NCBI GenBank assembly: GCA_951406725.2 | Contig: OX597821.1 | Span: forward strand, 52,328,001-52,392,000 | Source: Octopus vulgaris | Lineage: Eukaryota | DNA length: 64,000 nt | Direction: 5' to 3' | In this document: positions 59,271 to 64,000 of the stretch, one piece after another | Position numbering within the stretch: the first letter of the stretch is position 1 | Layout of the letters: every line of letters starts with the position of its first letter | Translations under genes and position numbers: made by a program | Notes under the pieces: generated by a model | Database searches by the model: none | Told to the model about the DNA's origin: nothing | Seen by the model: only the letters and a program-made list of their open reading frames with translations

Positions 59271-61440
59271 CATAAAAAAATTAAGTAGAACAGATGAACC
59301 TTCATATATGTTTCTGTCAAACCACTTAGCTGATGGGAATTCCCACCAACTAAATGGTTTCAAAAATTGTGAATAATTATTTTAATGGGTGAAGTTTATA
59401 TATATATATATTGTAGGTTAAAATTCTAAAAGTGTAAGTTGAAAATACTGCATGTATTTAACGACCAGTTACTACTACACTTACGGAATTCTCAATGAAG
59501 CACTGCTTTTAGTGAAGTCTCGGCGACTCTACGCGATGTACATATTTTCAAAAGGAGGTTCTGCTCCTATCTCTGATAGTGTTGTTACTACACTTAACCC
59601 GCTTGCACAATGGTGTACTGCTCGCAAAATCGATACAGTGCTTTAGCGACATGATCGTGATAAATGATACTGTGATGCATGTTGAAGTCTGGTGCTCCCA
59701 CACATACACACAAACACACACACACAAACACAAACACACACAGCCTAGACCACATTCATAGAAATAGGTATCATATTGATTGGCATTCAGTCCATATTTC
59801 AGCCATTGACGCCGACATGCGATCCCTCACTCTTCGTATTCTGTTGTATGATAGTGCCCTCTGTTTCTCGAAGCTGACTGAACTCACACCATCTCCCCTC
59901 ATACACTTGCTCACCTTTTATTTAGTCATTGATATTGTATTTTCTCTCCCATCACTTCCATATACAAAACAATTCTTCTGACAATTCCTATCGTTTTTGC
60001 TGCAACCGTCCATTTGTAATGATTCGAGAATATCGACCACATTAATTCCACAAGCCTGCCTAACAATACCATGGATACAGCCTATTTCTCCAGACCAAAC
60101 GATTTTATAAAGGATTATAATATTTCAGAATTACGAAACCCAGATATGAATCAATTGTCTAGAAGAAGAGAGCGAAATATAGCCTTACACCAAATGGAAA
60201 GTTTACTAGTTCGTAATCCAGGAATAAGACACGTAATGACGGGCGATTATCAAACCAGTATAGACGCAGTTTACATGGAAATATTAGAAACAAAATAAAA
60301 CAAAACAAAAACAAGAACAAACAAACAAGAACAGAGACGAAAACCAAAAGCAAAACCAAAATCAAAATACACAGCCAATAAATGCTTCGTCTCTAAAGGT
60401 GAGATTGATTATTCAGGAAACTTTTAATTGTAATTATCATTCATAGTTTTCTCTATAGAAATACTCCAATATTCAACATCTTGATGTTATGTAATCATCA
60501 ATATAAGATAACCATCAACGATCATTGATATAATATCATTGGTATATATATATATATATATATAATTATGCGTATATGATCATCCATATATAAACAATTA
60601 TGTACGATCATCAACAAACGATCATCTTTTTACCTACATAAATTTTGTTTCTCAAAGTGTTATAGTAAATGTCACATATTTCAGACATTTATTCAACAGT
60701 CTAGTGCTGACGCAAGTCGCGAGAGATAATAAGTGAATCTTCACCGAATTACACCCAGTCGTCATAAAAGAGAACATAACAATGGAGAACTAGCCTCTCG
60801 TATACAAAGGGGCGGGATTATCATGGCTGAAACGCAATGCTTTCGGAATTCACCAAAGCGTTTCTATGCAGTTGCTCGACCTGTGAGAAATAGAAGTAAA
60901 ATTTCTCCCGATTTATCTTAAAATGGAGAGTATCATATTGAAAACAGCAGCTTTGGTTATTTGTAAAGCTAAGTCGTGTTGTTGCCGTTGGTAACGAACT
61001 ATATATATATATATAAATAATTATGATATTTCAAACGTAAACAACCTCACCGAAATACACTAAAAACAATTCGTATAAATACAAGCCTCTGCTTTATCTC
61101 TCGATTTGTAAGTACTCCTCAAATCACAACCTACTCTCATAAAAATGTAAACATTATATAATGTAAACATATCTATGGCATTTCTGAAAAACAAAAACCT
61201 GAAAAGACGAAAGATTGGATGGTCATGGTTGTAACACCTTTGGTCATAGGTCCGTCTCATTAAGCTGACCTAGGGCTAAACAACAACAGCAACAGCAAAA
61301 TCAACAGAAGCAGTAGAAGCATCAGTAGCAAAAGCAGAAACACCTCCAGCAGCAGCAGCAACAGCAACTCATCTAAACAATATAGAAATGAGAATATTAT
61401 TCCAGTGGAATTAAATGTGAAGTTATCCGAAAGTACTTAC

Positions 61441-61525
61441 CTGTAGATAAAGAATGCAGTTAGCATAACGATGATTAGTAGAACGCCCAACACAATTACA
61501 ACGATACCGTATTCTGGAAAAGGCT
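61441..61525 (-). CDS. Receptor guanylyl cyclase, transmembrane exon
   Basis: ctttatag|AG CCT...TAC AG|gtaagt; 85 nt, phase 1 to phase 2, fits both neighbours; (E)PFPEYGIVVIVLGVLLIIVMLTAFFIY(R). This frame is absent from the ORF track. Confidence 0.93.
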
Positions 61526-61639
61526 CTATAAAGATAGAAGCAACCATTAAGATAGTATGTGAATAGATATAGATTAAAGCAGATCATAAAATGCAAACAG
61601 TTTGGCAAGACTTGACAAGGACATTTCATTTAGCTATAT

Positions 61640-62060
61640 AATAAAAGACTTAATCCCTGACAGCTGTTTCTACGACATCCCAGCCATTCGAACATCGTTT
61701 CGAGTGAGGATCCCATAGGCTAAGTATTTCGTCATCGGAGAGATATAGAGTAAATGTATTTAACAGCAGAAGAAATCCCTCATCAAGGAGAGGTATTGTG
61801 GTTCATTATATCTAGAAAGGGAATGTAAATCCAGTTAAAAGCAATTAAAGCAGGCATTCATTTGATAAATCCATGAATTGAGAGAATGGTTTGATAGAAA
61901 TCCATGGCAAAGGAAAATGGATGCTGGCAGTTCCAGAAAGGCAGTTACAAAATCACACCTTCAGCTGCAGTTCAAACCGGAATGGTTGTGACGTACCAAT
62001 TTGAGAACTCGGAGTTCATACCTCTTCGTTTGAGTCACCCCGGCGAAAACTCCTCGTATC
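61640..62060 (-). mobile_element. PLE 3' end with decayed hammerhead (61654-61790)
   Basis: Minus strand: TCCT-TGATGA-[109 nt]-GAAA-CAGCTG-TC-AGGGA; upstream a weak GIY-YIG-like end (...KRYELRVLKL...GLNCS*). Confidence 0.55.
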
Positions 62061-62855
62061 TTTTATATGTGAATTGATATTAAACAACAATGGTTCAAGT
62101 AACGGATTCAATGATAGCTAAATTTTAAATTTCTGAAGGAAAACTGCATTTCTAGGGTTTTCAGGTAAATCTACATCCTAAGTACTTAGAGTGGTTATTG
62201 ACTGCTAAGAAACCTTATGGTCTGTGTACATGAATGTGCATGACTTTATATAAAATGTGTGTGCATGAATGTATGCATACATGTTCGCCATGATAGATCG
62301 CTAGCCACTACACTTTCTTTATTTTCTCTCCTTGTTTCTTTCTGTTCCTTTCTATGGAAGAGCGTAGGCTCGAAATGTTAAAGACATTTTCATTCATTTA
62401 GTTGTCCACCGACAAATGACAATTTTGTGAATGGTTACATATATGTTTCACGTGACTATAAAACTCCGCGTCATGAATGCTTCAGTTAAACATTTTTTGC
62501 GAATAAACATAAACACCCACATAAAAATACATACACGCATACACGTTATTACTATATTTCCACATAGAGAACCACATTAGGCAAAGTACTTAAAGCTTTC
62601 AGTAGAGTGGAAACTTTAATGCTTCTTAGGATTGAATTTGCAGTCGAGCGTTTCCATCAGCACTTCTGAGTAAAGTTATTTTTAAGTTGCTTTCGCAAAA
62701 ACTCTAGATATGACGAAGCAACTTTGCTTACGCATATACAATGTTAACACATTCTGTATACATCTAGCATAAATATGTAATGTGTCCATGTGTGATTCTG
62801 TACCAAATATGAGTAAACGCCATCTATATCTATATATATATATATATGTGTTTAT

Positions 62856-62892
<37 letters not shown>

Positions 62893-62924
62893 CATGTATA
62901 TATACTATATTTATATATATGTTT

Positions 62925-63120
62925 TTCCCCAACCATCGCTTGACAACCGATGTTGTTATGTTTACGTTCCCGTAAGCTCGTGGTTCGGGCAAAGAGACCG
63001 AAAGAATAAGTGCTAGGTTTACAAAAAATAAACCCTGGCGTAAATTTCATCGACTAAAAGCCCTTTTCAGGTGATGTTCCTGCATGACCACAGTCAACTG
63101 AAATAAGTAAAAGAATAAAA
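62925..63120 (+). mobile_element. SINE family B 3' half
   Basis: catcgcttgacaaccgatg...gaataagtgctagg...cagtcaactgaaataagtaaaaga. Confidence 0.8.
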
Positions 63121-63319
63121 TATATATACACATATATACACACAAACATACGCGTGCATATACACACATACATACACACATATTATATAATTTTGCACAT
63201 GCACATCCACACACACACATGCAGACGCAGACGCACACACACACAGGCACACATACGTACTCATAGATTCACATATATACGTATATATGTTAAAAGTTGT
63301 GATATCTCACAAGACGTAC

Positions 63320-63458
63320 CGTCAGGTGGACATTTCGATCCATCATATCCGCATTCAGGTGTGTCTGGAGGAGGGAATTTTCTTCCACCTGCCCAGTGTA
63401 TGGTTCTGTTTGGCACAGGTACGTACTGTTTCTTATTGCCGAAATAATTAGCGACAAC
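63320..63458 (-). CDS. Receptor guanylyl cyclase (NPR-A/B-like), exon encoding the end of the extracellular domain
   Basis: ttacag|GTT...GAC G|gtacgt; 139 nt; VVANYFGNKKQYVPVPNRTIHWAGGRKFPPPDTPECGYDGSKCPPD matches the 'I.W......PP.D.P.CG.D...C' juxtamembrane motif of NPR-type cyclases. Confidence 0.93.
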
Positions 63459-64000
63459 CTGTAACGAAGAGTGATAAACCAGAACAGTAGTATACATTAT
63501 ATGTATTGTAAAATGTAATGAAGACTTAACGAAATATATCTATATAACTGGAATGAACAATTGAAGAAAACATTTAATATAAGATAGGTCTATGCATGAA
63601 CTGTAAAACAAAATTTTGATCAGAATCAAATATCCTCATGTAATGATAAATTATGTTTTTGTTACATTGTAGATGATTATATTAATGAAAAAAAAAAATG
63701 CTAACTCTGGATTGTGTGAAGGGTTCATGTTTAGATATTGACATTTTGAAACGAGGTTTGTATTTGAATAAAAATGCAATGTTTCTGTGGAACTCTGTAG
63801 CACCGAAAGCAACAGAGAAATTCTTACTGTAGAACAACGAAAATGTTATTTAGATTTTAGCCTTTGATGTTAAATTGAAATGAGTTATGTGCATATATAT
63901 TCTGCATTTATTCATTAGGTGAGAAGATAGACGCAGGTAAGAAGATGTGCAATAGTAGTTTGCCGAGGTACAATCGATAATACTATAGAACAACCAGATA

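Noticed and set aside
60071-60298. 75-aa non-repetitive ORF
   Set aside because: No recognisable domain or splice context; probably a decayed repeat or chance ORF

Overview
AT-rich, microsatellite-dense eukaryotic genomic DNA. The SINE families and repeat landscape point to a coleoid cephalopod, probably Octopus (inference). The window lies inside one minus-strand gene, a natriuretic-peptide-receptor-like receptor guanylyl cyclase. I reconstruct four phase-consistent exons (63320-63458, 61441-61525, 24604-24727, 4778-4861) covering the end of the extracellular domain, the TM helix and the start of the kinase-homology domain, separated by introns of about 1.8, 36.7 and 19.7 kb. The introns hold tRNA-derived SINEs, RTE/CR1/R4-Dong/L1-like LINE remnants, Tc1/mariner relics and helitron-like ends. 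The most notable hidden layer is a set of Penelope-like element (PLE) derivatives, mostly next to (TA)n tracts, carrying type I hammerhead ribozyme motifs with palindromic stem III: five with intact core motifs and several decayed. They include fold-back inverted ends, a 2.4-kb near-perfect palindrome with a GIY-YIG C-terminal remnant and twin ribozymes, and a tRNA-like Pol III module just upstream of a decayed hammerhead in a PLE 3' end. Most six-frame ORFs are microsatellite artefacts. All calls were made by eye, and repeat boundaries are approximate.
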